A DNA stretch of 64,000 bases from Camelus dromedarius. Lineage: Eukaryota. The stretch covers positions 98,520,001-98,584,000 of the forward strand of contig NC_087436.1 of NCBI RefSeq assembly GCF_036321535.1. The letters are read 5' to 3'. The notes beneath the pieces were generated by a model. The model was not told where the DNA came from, made no database searches, and was given only the letters and a program-made list of their open reading frames with translations. Both the position numbers and the translations under genes were made by a program. Shown here piece after piece: positions 39,600-52,839 of the stretch. The number at the start of each line of letters is the position of its first letter. Position 1 is the first letter of the stretch.

Positions 39600-40850
39600 A
39601 AATTCAGGATGAAATGAAATGAAAACTTTGTCTCTCTCCACTTTTTTTCCTATCTGATCAGCTGTTCTCAGCAGCAATCATTCTTACTTAGTCTTTGTGT
39701 GATCTTTTAATCTGTGCATATATAATCATCTTCATGTATATTTATTTTACATAAATAGTAACATAATATATACACTGGTCTGAATTTTTTTAACCTAGGT
39801 AGTGTTTGCATTGTTTTTATGTAGTATGTTCTTTTAGGAAATCATTGTATTTTTGTTCTAGTGGGCACCTTCACAACCAGGTTTTTATACAACATTCTTA
39901 ATTGTTTATTTCTTCAATGTCTACTGACTTCTTTCTGAACAGAGAGGAAATTGGTTTTCACCCTTCCCTACTTTTTCTCCCCACATTTTCAATGGTTCTG
40001 TTATGTTACTACAGATCACATTTATAACTCTGTACTTCTCTTATTTAATGTATTGTCTTTAGATATTTTTGACACTGTTTCCATAAAAGAGAAAAACCAT
40101 CATCACTTCCACCTTTTCCCCATCTCTTCAAATTTCTAAAGAACATATTATTTCTACACAATCGTATTTTATAACACTACATTCTTTTGCGTATTATAAT
40201 GCTCACATTTGTTTTAGTTTAATCCATACAAATAAATGGATTTATTGCTCATAATAGTTCTTTTACCAAATTTCTCCCTTAATTTCTTAGTTAGCAAAAG
40301 CTCATCTGATAGTGCCTTCAAGAAAGGCTTATATATATCATATAATTTGAATAGATTTTGTATATTAAAAATGGCTTCCGTGTTCTATTAAAAATGGCTT
40401 CCATGTTCAAAACTGACTTGAGTGTCATCCTGCCTGGACATAGAATTTTGCAGACAGTCTTGATTTTCATGAAAAAGTTATGTTGTGAAGGAGATGGAGG
40501 AAGACAGACTGATTTTTTTTTTCCCTTTGAAAATGACTTGATATTTCCATCTAGATAACTGATGGGGATTCTTCCCTTGTCTTTAAGATTTATTATCTTT
40601 ACGGAGATACCTATTTGACATATATTTTATCATTTTGTGTCAACTTTTCATGGAACATTGTGTGCTCTTTAAATCTGTAGATTCAAGTTTCTCTTACTCC
40701 TGTCAATTCTTAAATTTTCTCTTCCTCTTTTCCCTATTCTTTTATATTCTCTTCTCCAAGGAAATTAGTTATATATATTTTTGCTTCTCCTTTGTGTTTC
40801 TTTCATAGATATTATTTTTCCTGAGTACTTATTTTCCAGTAAACTTTATG
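39600..40850 (-). mobile_element. Highly degraded ancient L1M fragments
   Basis: T-rich strand bias with L1-like segments such as gctctttaaatctgtagattcaagtttctc. Boundaries are approximate. Confidence 0.4.
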
Positions 40851-41412
40851 TTTGGTATAATTTTAAGTTTCTAGAAATGTTGCATGGCCACCAGTATGGA
40901 CAGAGGTAGTTTCAATCCCATTTCAAATATGTGCACTAGATACCCCCCCCCCCTTAAAAATGGTGCAGTCACTGAAAGAAGGTAGAAAAGAGACAGAACC
41001 AGAAAAAAAGACAGGGACCATTCTGGCAGAAATATGAATTGTACATATATAACAGCCTGTTTTAGACAGGGTTTGGAAAAAGAGAGTATAAAGGGTTTAC
41101 CCTTTTATCTTGATGAACTAGGGGTGAGTGAAATTGTGCACAGTAGTTTTAAGGATTCCTTTTATTTGTCTTAGCTGAAACTGACATAAGTATAATGTTG
41201 CCAGTGTCTGCTCAGTCTGCTGCCTTGTGCCACTGTCCAACAAACAACACTTTGCTCTTTTGAGGATTTCCTAGTCAAAGACACTCCTTTGTAGGAAACT
41301 ATGAAATAAGCAGTGAAATGAATCTATTAGTGCAAATTTAGGAGGTAAATGAATTTCCTCCAAGACCAACAGGACAAGAGTAAGCAAAGAAATTACAGAA
41401 ATATCAACAGCA

Positions 41413-41953
41413 TGTTACAGGCTGATAATGGCCCTCAAATATATCACACCTCAATCTCTGGAACATGTAAATGTTACCTTATTTGGAAAAAGGATCTTTG
41501 TCAATGTGATTAATTTCAGGATCTTAAAATGGAGAGATTATCCTGGATTATTTGGATAGGCTCTAAATGCCATCACATGAATCCTTACAAGTCAGAGGCA
41601 GAGGGAAATTTGACACATAAACACCTTCCCCTCCCCCCCACATAACCACAAACACACACGTGCACATGCCCTGACACACAAACACAAAACTAAAGGTAAT
41701 GTGAAGACAGAGGCAGAGATTAGATTGATGTGGCCAAAACCAAGAAATGCCATTAGTTATCAGAGGCTGAAAGAAATAAGGAATAAACTTTCCCTGGAGC
41801 CCCCAAACATAATGGGCCTTGTGAACATCTTGATTTTGGCCAGTGATACAGATTGGAATTCTGGCCTGCAGAACTATAAAAGAATAAATTTATGTTGTTT
41901 TAAGTCACTAATTTTATGTTAATTTGTTACAGCAGTCACAAGAAAGTAATACA
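41413..41953 (+). mobile_element. MLT1C/D-like MaLR solo LTR
   Basis: TG...CA termini. atgttaccttatttggaaaaagg, gattatcctggatta, gtgaagacagaggcagagatt, cagaactataaaagAATAAAttt...tttgttacagcagtcacaagaaagtaataca. Confidence 0.9.
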
Positions 41954-43979
41954 AAGTACTTGTTTATTAAAAATCTTGGCAGTTTTCATGCATATGCTAG
42001 AAATTGAAAGGTTCAGGTAAAATGCAAGTTTCTTTCTTCTGTCTAAAGTGATTAACAAATGTATTATGTATTTTTGGAATCACTGGAGATGCATAAATTC
42101 TCCACTCATTTTAATGATATACAAGCTCCCTGCATGCAATCTTACCTGGATATATATGTATGTATATGTGTGTATTACATATGTATAATTTTTATGTAAA
42201 ATTTGTGTTCCTATGGACAAATAAATTGATGTTTTCATTAAGATGGTTCTTGTTGGCAGGGAAGCAATGTGGTCTGTGTTGAAAGCCACCCACTTGTTGT
42301 GTGAATTTAGAAAATTGCCCTTTCTGAGGAGTCTGTCTCTGCAGGAGCAATGTAAGGACAGCACCATTCAACTCATGTGTTATTGTCGGGGTTTACCAGA
42401 TAGAAGAATTAAAATGCATAGCACAGTATGGCATGCTGTTTGAAACATAAGAAACATAGTAGGTACTCAGTAAGTACTATGGAGTTATATTTCCTTTTCC
42501 CACAAACAAACTTAATGTATTCCTAAGAGAATTACTCTGGCAACAGACCAGAAATGTGAAGATTGCTGTTTTGAAAAGTAAGATTGCTTCAGTATCCATT
42601 TTCCTTATAAATGGTTAGGTTTGGATATTTTGGAGGTTGAATCTAATTTATCATTACTGTGAAGATGTCATGTAATACTGCATAGAAAACTGCCTTTTGT
42701 GAGTGCAAGGATGTTATAGTTTCCAATAAAATTACAAAATATTTACTGCATCCAGACCGGAGACTATGTCTGGCAGGTAAATAAAGACCTGTTCTTACGG
42801 CCTTAAATCACTGTCATCTCTACACAGGCATGTTATTCATTTCCAGACTAAAAGGCCCAGTACCTCCTAGTTCTACTGAACGCGAATTTTCTTCTTACTG
42901 AATTTTGCAATCTGAAGCAAACAACAGTAGCTGAAAAGGAACAGTCATGGAATTATTAAAACTCAAGTAAAATTCATTTTAATAATGTATTTAAAAATCT
43001 CTGAAGTCTAAGTATTAATCAAATTTCTAAAATTCAATTAATCATACCACAAATGTTTTTAAAGCAATCTTTCCCTAGGGGTTGAAATCAAATTAATCAT
43101 AGAAGTTTGCTGACAAATGTTTGTTAAATGCCTAACGTAAAGACATGATGAGGATTCTGTTTTCTGTTCTAAATGATGTGATTGCCAATTTTAAAGCTGT
43201 AAAAATAAATAGTGCTTCTAGTGAGCTCAGCTCTGAATCTGTATTTTGTATCCAACTCCTGATCTAAGGTCCTGGCTTTTTGTTTCTGAAGAACAATCAT
43301 GAACTAACTGTATTAGTCATTAAAAATGAGAACTCTGCTTGTATATGGCATGTAGACCATGTCAAAGTAAAACCCAATGACCATGGTTTAGAACAAAAAT
43401 CTGATAGCCATTTCATAAATACAATCACATAATTCTGCTCCCAGACTTACAGGTGCACCATAATCAATGTCATCTTTTCATAGTTCCCATAATTCTGTCA
43501 CTACATACTAGGATACCCCAAATAGATGAAATGCTCAAATGCAAAAATATTTGAGGAAAGCTGGACTGAATTCCTTTACACTTTGGAATGGGAAGGACCA
43601 TTCTAACTATAACTCAACATTCAGAAGTTATAAATCAGAAGATTTATCAGAAGGTAAGTCAGGAAATTGACACAATTGCCTACATTAGGAAACAGATTTT
43701 AAAAAACCTATTTGAACAGCAGTGGCAATATGTTTTGCTCCTACTCAATTATTCCTCATTACTACTTATTTTATTAACACAAAAGAAAAAATAGAAATCA
43801 TAGCACTTTAAGATCTCTAAATTCTAACTTGGTCACCTCTCAGCACATTCTGACTGGACTTTAGCTCCTGTCAAGCATTTGTAATCATTATTCCCCTGAC
43901 AATAGCTCGGCTATCATCCTGGTGTGTGTGGGTGTGTGTTTCTGTTTTTACTTCAACCTATTTTTTAATATAACTTTAT

Positions 43980-46160
43980 TTTGTGAACCTGATTGGACAA
44001 GATATTTATCCAACCCCAAGTTCACTCTTCTATATGCTCCTTTGTGATCCTGGACCTGAGAGTTTACATTCTGAATTTCCTGAAGTATCTGGCCAGATAG
44101 TTTTCTCTCACTTTGTATCAAAGGGAGGCACTTGTGGAAGATTACAAAGAGGGAGGATGGAAGAAAGGATTCTTTTCAGATGTCCAGAGTCTGCCTACAG
44201 TCATCTAGCAGTAAAAGTCAGTTATGATCCAGTCTCTATGTCTTCCATCTCTCCTGGCACCAGATGAGTGATATCAGCACAGGCTGCATTGTAACAGCCT
44301 CTTCCCTTCACACACACACAAGAGGTTCAAGCACTTACTCTGAATCAGGAGCTTCAAGGAACCCTTCTCCTGTGTTCAGAGATTGAACGACAACCTTTAG
44401 ACACTCCTCCACCCCAAGATCCTAGTTTTTGTGACAACATCTCTTTATTTAGATTTCCCAAGCCCAACAAGTGGTACCTCTCCAAGAGACATGTGAGCAG
44501 TTTACTGTATTTAATTGTCTCTGATGCAATACCAACTATAATTTGTTTTCTTGTAATGGCTTATAGATGCTTTAAGTGGCGCCAAGAGTGGTCACATGAA
44601 TCGTATCCTTAAATATAGAATCCTGGAATTAGTTTTGATGATGAAAAGTTATTGGAAACTGACAATCAGTTACATGTAGTGGCATCAAAATTACTTAAAT
44701 TACCATTTGTCATTCCAAAAACTGTTTATTTTAGGCCAGGATTCAGGATATCAAGTGACTATATTTGTTGACCATTATCATATTAATGTTGATACTAAGA
44801 ACTAAGGGTGGGAGACTGGCTTCTGATTATCCTAACAGCTTACAGAAAGAAAATGACAAGCTCAGGGCTATAAACTCTTTGACCAATCACAGTCAGACAA
44901 GCAAAGAATCGTGGTCCTAAAATAATCACGTATTTTATAATGACTAGACAGATAGCAATGAAAATCTTACCCTAAATTTAATTATGCTGAATACAAATCA
45001 GTCATGTGAATTGAATTTCCACTTTCCTTATCATTTATGTGTAAATAAGGGAGTAGAATGAGGAGTGGGAGTCTCATAATGAAATATGGAAATTTGTGTG
45101 TACTTGATAGAAGTTGAAATATTTGGCTATTCAACTCTCTTTGAAATTTCCTCAGTGAAAATAACACCTTCACCCAAGGGTGAGGAGATGAACTTTTCTT
45201 TGCTTGATAACTTTACTCAATTAAGTTGTCTTCCAAGGAATGCTGTTTCTCCTCAAGATCTAACCCCATTAAGTCTTATGGCTCAAGACTTAATTACAAT
45301 CATATTTCAGCACACTTCAGAGAGACAAGTGCAAAATCAGACCCAGGATAGTAGTTTTTACTTGGAAATATTGGTAAGATTTGCTGATTTATAAAAGCAT
45401 GCAACCTGTAAAACATATTTGGAAATAGATCCAAGTAAGTTAAATCTAGGAAGTCAAATATATCAATAAACTGAGATAATATGTGGATATGGAGACATGT
45501 TTTAACTGAATGTGTCAGCTCAGGCAGCTGCGAGTGGCTCTAATATTTATTTGGTTAGTTGACTGAAACTTAGCCTTGACAATGTCAAATATTCAATGAG
45601 GTTAAGATGTGTTGCAGGCTGGGTTTTCTGGAAACAGAAGCTGAGATGGAGTTTGGGATGCAATATATTTTGTAAGGATCAATTCCTGTGAAAAGAAGAA
45701 GGAGGAAATGGATTGCACAGACGGAAGAGCTAAAATACAACATTGTCCTGCCACATCCTCAGTCAAGTCACTGGTGGGGATCTTGGAAGGATTCAGTTCT
45801 GAGTTTTCCTGTGTTGGACCAAAATAGTTGGAGCTCTATAAACCCTCCTTACTTTGGTGCAGAATATGGGTTGTCTCAGGAAGGATGTGACCTTGGGTGG
45901 AGCTGCTCTCTGCAGCCAAAGTAGACTCTGGAGGAGCTGAAAATGGGAAGCTGTCTACTGACCTCTTTTTAAATGGACAGCAATTCCTTCTTTAAAGGTA
46001 AATCTGTGTGGCAGAGAAGGAGACTCAGGTTGTCATGAACTTGTCTACCACAAGATGTTAGAATGTCCCTAGCTTGATCTACAGGAAAACAGTCTCAATG
46101 TCTTAGGAATGTAGGAAGGGTGAAATGATCCTTTATGTATGATGTGAACACCATCTCATG
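43980..46160 (+). mobile_element. Degraded ERV-L provirus 5' part: LTR (~43980-44570), PBS and gag relic
   Basis: PBS-like TGGCGCCAAGAGTGG at 44577-44591 (compare the tRNA-Leu PBS TGGTACCAGGAGTGG). 44840-44878 encodes LQKENDKLRAINS, like the ERV-L gag N-terminus. Gag-like sequence resumes after the nested LTR. Confidence 0.7.
45610..46052 (-). mobile_element. LTR16-like solo LTR nested in ERV-L gag
   Basis: TGTTGCAGGCTGGGTTTTCTGGAAACAGAAGCTGAGATGGAG...TCTACCACA with a perfect 5-bp TSD AGATG at 45605-45609 and 46053-46057. Confidence 0.85.
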
Positions 46161-46279
46161 TTTCCTGAGAGCCTCAAGAACTCTGGTCCTACCAACTCTT
46201 TAAACTGTGGTACCTTTAGAGATTCTCTATAGTAGTCTATTCAGAAAGTGTTTCCTTTTGTTATTATCATTTTTTAAAG

Positions 46280-46895
46280 ACTGCCAAGTTGAGCCAAAGC
46301 AACCTTCCATATTGTCTTCCTGAATATAACTGGAAGTACTCATCTTTGCCTAAACACAACAGCCTTTTATACTACCTTGCTTTTGTTTATGATGTTGTTA
46401 TGGCATTCCCTCCCTCTTGTTTGGAAAAATAAATTCATACTCACTCTTTAAGTTGTGCTTCAAATATTATCTTTCTTTAAAATTTCTTGCACTCCTGCAC
46501 ACAGAATATGTTGGTACATCTCATCACCTATAAATACATTATATGACTGCATTTTGTTTATACATTGATCTTCTGCCACATGAATTTAATATCCTTGAGC
46601 ACCTGGGCTGAATCTTAATCATCTTTTTAAATCTAGTTCTTGCATTACACTATATCCCTTCATTAAGATTTGCTGGTAAAAACATATCTTTTATGGCAAA
46701 TGGTGAAGTAATGGTGCAATTAACTTAGATTAAGAAGCCGTACAGATGGGAAGTCTTGTGAAGAACATGGGAAAATGAAATATGCTGAATTTTTAACAGT
46801 TTCAGTTTTGAAGTATCAGAGAGAGCCTAACATAGAGAGATATAAATATGTGTTCATGAGATAATGAAAGAAGGAATAAATGAATGAATGAATGT
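46280..46895 (+). mobile_element. Degraded L2 3' end
   Basis: atccttgagcacctgggctgaatctt...gcctaacatag...aataaatgaatgaatgaatg, the L2 terminal repeat. Confidence 0.55.
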
Positions 46896-47079
46896 GAAAT
46901 ACTTAAATCGAAATTTTCATTAGCCAATCAAAGCTAGAGATTTATAAAGAAATGGCTTGGCAAGGTAAACACATTTGTGTGTGTATGTTGCTGCCTTATC
47001 TTTGCACTGGAGATAATGGGTTACTACAGCTTTTCTAAGAGTTTCAGAAGCACCCCATGGGCAAAGAATCTTATAATTA

Positions 47080-47810
47080 TTTTTTAGACAGGATTGGTAA
47101 GGTATAATTTATATTCAATGAACTACACATATACAACACATATTAGAAGTGTATCATTTGACATATGCATACATAATTGCAATAATCACTATAATCAATA
47201 GAGAATATATCCTTCACTTCCAGACGTTTCCTCACATCTCTGATAATCTTTCCTTCATCCTTTGCCCTACCCCATATCCCCAACAAACCACTGATTTATT
47301 TTCTGTTGCTATATATTAGTATTTATTTTCTTGACATTTATATAAAATTAATTAATATAGTATATACTTTTTTATTGGTCTGGCTTATTTCACATGGAAT
47401 AATTCTTTTGAGATTCATCCATCTGACTGCATGTATCAATGATCCATTCCTCTTATTGATTAATACTATTACATTTTATAGCTATATCCCAATTGCTTAT
47501 CCATTGATACACACTTGGTTGTCATTTGGATAACTGTAATTTTGATATCCATTGGATAGCCAATAGATAAATTGGTTATAAGTTGTTTTGACATGCACAT
47601 TTGGCCTGTTTCCAATTTTTGGCTATTACCAATAAAGCTGCAATGAACCTTTGTAAGTCTTTAAATGGACATACATTTCCTTTTTCTTTTTGGCAAAAAC
47701 CTAGGAGTGGAGTGGTTAGGTCATATGATAGGTCTGTGTTTAGTTTTTTAAAAAACTGATCAATATTTCCTAAGAAGTCATACCATTTTACATTCATACT
47801 AGCAATTTTT
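47080..47810 (-). mobile_element. Old L1M 3' end
   Basis: ggtataatttatattcaatgaac...ttttgagattcatccat...ttggctattaccaataaagctgc. ORF2 C-terminal remnant FIAALLVIAKNWKQ. Confidence 0.8.
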
Positions 47811-49879
47811 CAGTCCCAGGGTGTAATTTTTTAAAAATTCTTAGAATCACCACATGAAGAAAGAGCCACCTAGGTATTGCTTATCCAATATTATAGTTGT
47901 TTTTTTTTTTTTCTCTCACACCATCTTTTTCACATTCCTATCCAAAGACATCCATGCTTTACTTCCCTTTAAACTCTTGAGCATCTTATAATCCCTGGTT
48001 CACTTTTCTTAGCATTTTCATCTTTCTGTTTAGGAGATATTTATCCTGTCTTCTAAGCTAGCATCTAGAGTGGTTCTTTTTAAATCTTCTCCCTTTCTGA
48101 GGCATAGAAAGTGGCGTGTGTGAGCTTCACAGAGAGGTGACAATTAATTTTGTCAGTCAGTCAGAAAATATCTTTGGAACAGAATCTTCAATTTCCAAAC
48201 ATTTTATTAATTAATGGAATTTTTCTCTTTTTGTGACCCCTTAGAGTAGCTACCTTCACTCTATTCAGGCTTCTTATGCAACTTTCTTTATATGATCTCA
48301 TAATTTTTCTCCATTACTTAGACCTACAAAATGTCCTTGGTGACAATCACAATAATCACTAATACATTTTAATTAGCAATGACTGATGATAGCTACCAGC
48401 TGAGAAGTAGCCAGAAATTTTTAGAATTTCACTTATTTCATTCCCCCTAATTCTTTTTGCCAAAATCCTGAATAGTTTTACCCTTCTTGCCAATAATCAA
48501 CATTACCATGAACAGTCATTTTTTTCACTCATGAGAAAACATTCCACCGTCCCATTCCCTCTGCCTAGTAAACTAGCTGTGATTTGTATCCTCTTTAACT
48601 CCTTGCGTGGACAGTCCACTTTTCCATAATAGCACCTCTCATATTATTGGACTTACATCTTTATAAGTTTGTTTCCCATTGTTACGGTGAGCTCCAAACT
48701 GGCAGATCGTCTTGGTAGGCTTTTTGTGATTTTCATACTAGATTTTCAGTTCACATATAATTTTTTCAGGTGTCAGATGTATGATTTCCACTTTCCTAAT
48801 TTCAAAACTTGTAAGACCAATACATTGAATAGGCAATATTTAAAAATTTATAGATTGATGGATCAATAAGGAGATTTTTCAGAACCATTAAGCAATATCT
48901 TCATTGATTCTGAACCAACATGCACTTGTGCTGAAATGACTTCTTTAGGTGATTTCTTATGGAGAAACTGAACATGACAATTTTTTCTCTTTTCATTAAT
49001 GAAAAATGCTGTGATCTCCAGTAGTTTATGACCTTATGACACACACACTGTTGTGTTATCATTTGTATATTTCATGTCTATGTTCAACCTTGGGGACAAA
49101 TAATATGCTCAAAAATTAGTACTATATTTCACTTTATAATTATTGAAACATTTCAAATGCCTTATCCTGTTTGATCCACACCCGCCTTGTAGGGCAGATA
49201 AGGTAGGTTAGAAGAGCTACCTATAGCTATAATCATGCAAGCTATGATTTATTCAAAAGTTGCCATAGAAAGACACATATCCATTAATCATGAAAATCAG
49301 CAGAGAGGCTAAGTAAGGACATGTCTGTGAACAGTAAAAATACTAAATAATGGCATGGCACTTAGGTTCTTTAGCTGCCTTCCTATTTGTGAAAGCCAGA
49401 GCCATCTCAGCTGCACAGATTTGATCTTCTAAGTATTCAGAGTAGGCATTATACCAGAGTATTCAGAAGTGAAGAAATGGATTTAAATGGAAGTACCGAT
49501 TCTGTTCTTAGTTATGGAATATCTCCCTTAAAAAGAGGCAGTACATTGTCAGGGAACATTGGAAAGTATTCTTCCCTGATATACCTTCCTCCTCCTACAG
49601 CACACCCGTGATAGACGTGTTTGCTCTAAAAGTCCCTCTTTTCTGTTGCTTTTCCCTAGAGACTTAATTCTTCTTGTGGTCTTCTGCTTGGGGTGACTTA
49701 ATCTGATAAAGGAAGTCCACTTAGGTAACTGACCTTAGGGAAAATAAACAAAGTGGAATGGGTTTTATGATGAGTTTAATGAGTGCCCCAGGTCCAAGGA
49801 AAGAGACAGAGCTACCCGGAGGTGAGAGCACAAGAAGTCACACGACTTACTTTGTTAAGAGACTGACAAAAGACTAACC

Positions 49880-50335
49880 CTAATCTATCCAGCTCTGTAT
49901 GTGCCCAGCTCTGCAACCCCAGGCTGACCTGGGCCCTAAACTGAGGCTAATCCTAAGGACTCCATCTACTGGACCCCTTACCTTTTGACCTCTGGTCAGG
50001 TTCAATCATTGAGAGACAAGTGTAGGAGATTCAAGGGCAGAAGAAAATTTCCCCTGATCCTTCCTTCTTCCCTTCTGTGACTATAAAATATAGTGTCCTT
50101 CCAGAAATACAGTTTGCACCAAGAAGACCCTTTTTAATGACTCCAGATCTCACTGGGCCCTACTAACATCATCTCTTCTCTTTGCATCATCAGTCTGGGG
50201 GTGGCAATTGTTCTACTGTCCTAGAGTACCCCAACAACCCTCACCGGTTTCCTTAATCCTGTTAACACATCAGTAAAGAATCACATGGTTAAAATCTTGG
50301 TCCCTCCATTTTACTATAGTACCTGTTCCATTATT
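49880..50335 (+). mobile_element. LTR33-like ERV-L LTR
   Basis: cctctggtcaggttcaatcattgagagac...ggagattcaagggcagaag and ctgggggtggcaattgtt...ggtttccttaatcctgttaacac resemble the LTR33 consensus. Confidence 0.6.
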
Positions 50336-50664
50336 TGTTGTCAAGTTAATTTCTGCTAAATGTCTTTTCTCAGGCTGCGGGGTAGTATATGTAGAGTTGA
50401 TGGAGCATACAGATCTGCGTAAGAAGAATGTAAAGCAATTATCTCAAGTCTCCTATTTTCTAGAAAGTTGTGGACCACAGCTTTCCTTAAGCTTTCCTTA
50501 CTCACTATTCCTTCAACCATCTCCACCTTTTCTCTTTCTCAATTTCATTTTCTCTTCCTCTAATATTTTATCTTTATTATTATTTTTCATAGATTGTTTA
50601 TTTGTTATAACTTCTTTACCATCATCTCCACTGACTGTCTGATGAATAGACTTTCTGTTTAAGG

Positions 50665-50882
50665 ACAGCCTGATGTGGTGGAAGACACACCTTCAAAAGT
50701 TGACTTGCTGTTTATTGGCTTTGTAACCTCAATAAATTGATTAATTTTGTGAAGCTCTTCTCTTTCCCCTATCACAGCAGTACTAAAAACAATACTGCTT
50801 CCTCTGAGGACCAAGTGAGATAATGTACGTTAAAGTGCTTTGAAATTACAAGGCAATATCTGAACATAATGTATTATTATTT
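50665..50882 (+). mobile_element. MIR SINE
   Basis: cagcctgatgtggtggaaga...tgaggaccaagtgagataatgtacgttaaagtgcttt...tattattatt. Confidence 0.65.
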
Positions 50883-52839
50883 TATTTGATCATTTGGGGT
50901 TCTAAAATGAACCAACTTTATCATCGCTTGTGATATATTACACTTACTATTGGAAAATGGTGCTTGGAAAGTTGTAATAACATTTCATGCACAATCATTT
51001 GAAATTTAAATAGAGAAACATTTTCCACTAGAAAGAAGGAAGGAAGAGGTTGCTGAAACTATGAACAATCCCTTACATACTTCAGTCCCATCAAGATATG
51101 ATGAATGGAAAATAATTTTAATAGAATAAAATAAAATCTAATGTGACTAGTCACACCTAACCTCATCTCCACCTAAATTACATTAATTTCATGTTTAGTC
51201 AGCTTCTGATTGATGTCTGTATATTTTTATAACTTTCTTGCTTTAATATTTTGGCCAATCAGTAATAGGAGCAGACTAGTTTTCAGCCACTTTTATAAAG
51301 AGAAAAAAATTGCCAAGATTTTCTAGTTTTAATTGTAATGTTTTGCTAAGAAATTATAGTTTTAACTTTAATAAAATATGTACTTTACCCTGATCTCTTT
51401 AGAAAAGGTCAATTTAATCCACAATACATTTTTTAGCTTCAATTTCAGTATGTGGATTTTTAAGACTATAAGAAAAAGATACAGTCATTGCTTTTTGCTG
51501 AATGCGCAAGTCTACTATGTGAAAATCTATTTGCTTATATGTCTTTGAATAAAATATGACAAGGATTCTCTCTACATGTCATGCCAGACCTACACAAAAC
51601 ACCATTGCTGGAAAGAAATGTTCTCTGAACTTTCATTCAGTATATTTCTATTGATAATCAAATTGCACATCAAAGTGACATTGTAATTCCCATTTACTTA
51701 GCCATCTTTATTTTAAACAAGAAATGGTTCTGTCCTCTTTTGTTTCTAAGGAGATCGTAAGTAATTTCCTTCATCATATCTCAGCCACTCTATTTTCCTG
51801 TTTCAACATTTAGTGATACATAATCAAGTTGAAAATAGCTCTCTTGCACTGCCTTTAACAAAGAAGAAAGGTAACCTTCAATAAGTATCCATTAAAACTC
51901 TCTAGCTCGGTGTGACACAAAAAGATCAATTTGAAAGTTGTCTTATTTAAATGGGAACATCGATTTCAAAATTCCACTAACGTCTTCTGTTACCATGAAT
52001 AGTATGACCACAGTTGGTTTAAAAACAACAACAATAACAACGTAGTCTCTAGATAGTTGAAAACATTGAGCCACATTTCAGGCAGGAATTGGCAAATCAT
52101 AAGGATGCCACTTCACTGTACGTTTAGCAGTATCTTTTTCACGTCAACAGCATAGTTTTTGGCCTCATAACAGAGCAAGTATTCCACTTAGTATTCTTCA
52201 TCTGAAAGAAATAATGATAATTAACTGTATCCACTGAGGTAACTGCTAATGATCTGTGCCAAGACCGGGCTGCTGATGTGGAAGTACGTGGGACAAAAGA
52301 CATATTCCTAAAACCCAGTTGTGAACCTTTTTTCTTCCTTTAAAAAGTGTTGATAAAACCTACAGTATAATAGGAGTTACTAATTACTTGATGGAGAATT
52401 GTATCTCAGTGAAGATTCACTGCCTAAGAAATAGCATTTTTTCCTTAAAATTTTAACTCTATTTTTCTGTTTCTGACAACTGCCCAGTTATCTCTGATTT
52501 TTTGATCTGCTATAATGTAGCTAGAAGAGTACAAAAATATATAATTATAATAGCATAACTTTATTGTTCTAAATTTACTTAAACTACCAGTTTGAACAGT
52601 GTTACTGAAATATTACAGGTTATTTTCACTTTGTTGTTAATTAATTAAAAAATAAAAGTCAAGGGACATTTGAATCTTCCATGAGAAGAACTTGAATAAT
52701 GCTGCTATCATTGATAAAAAAAATAGTAATTCTTAAAACAAACAAAACCAAACAAAAAAACCCACTAAAAATGGAACCTCCAGTCATCCAGAAATGTTCC
52801 TATCCTTTTACAGTCATCAAAAAACTTATAAACAATTCT

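Noticed and set aside
44570..45610. Domesticated ERV-L gag gene (Fv1-like)
   Set aside because: Many stops and frameshifts plus an LTR insertion leave no long ORF.
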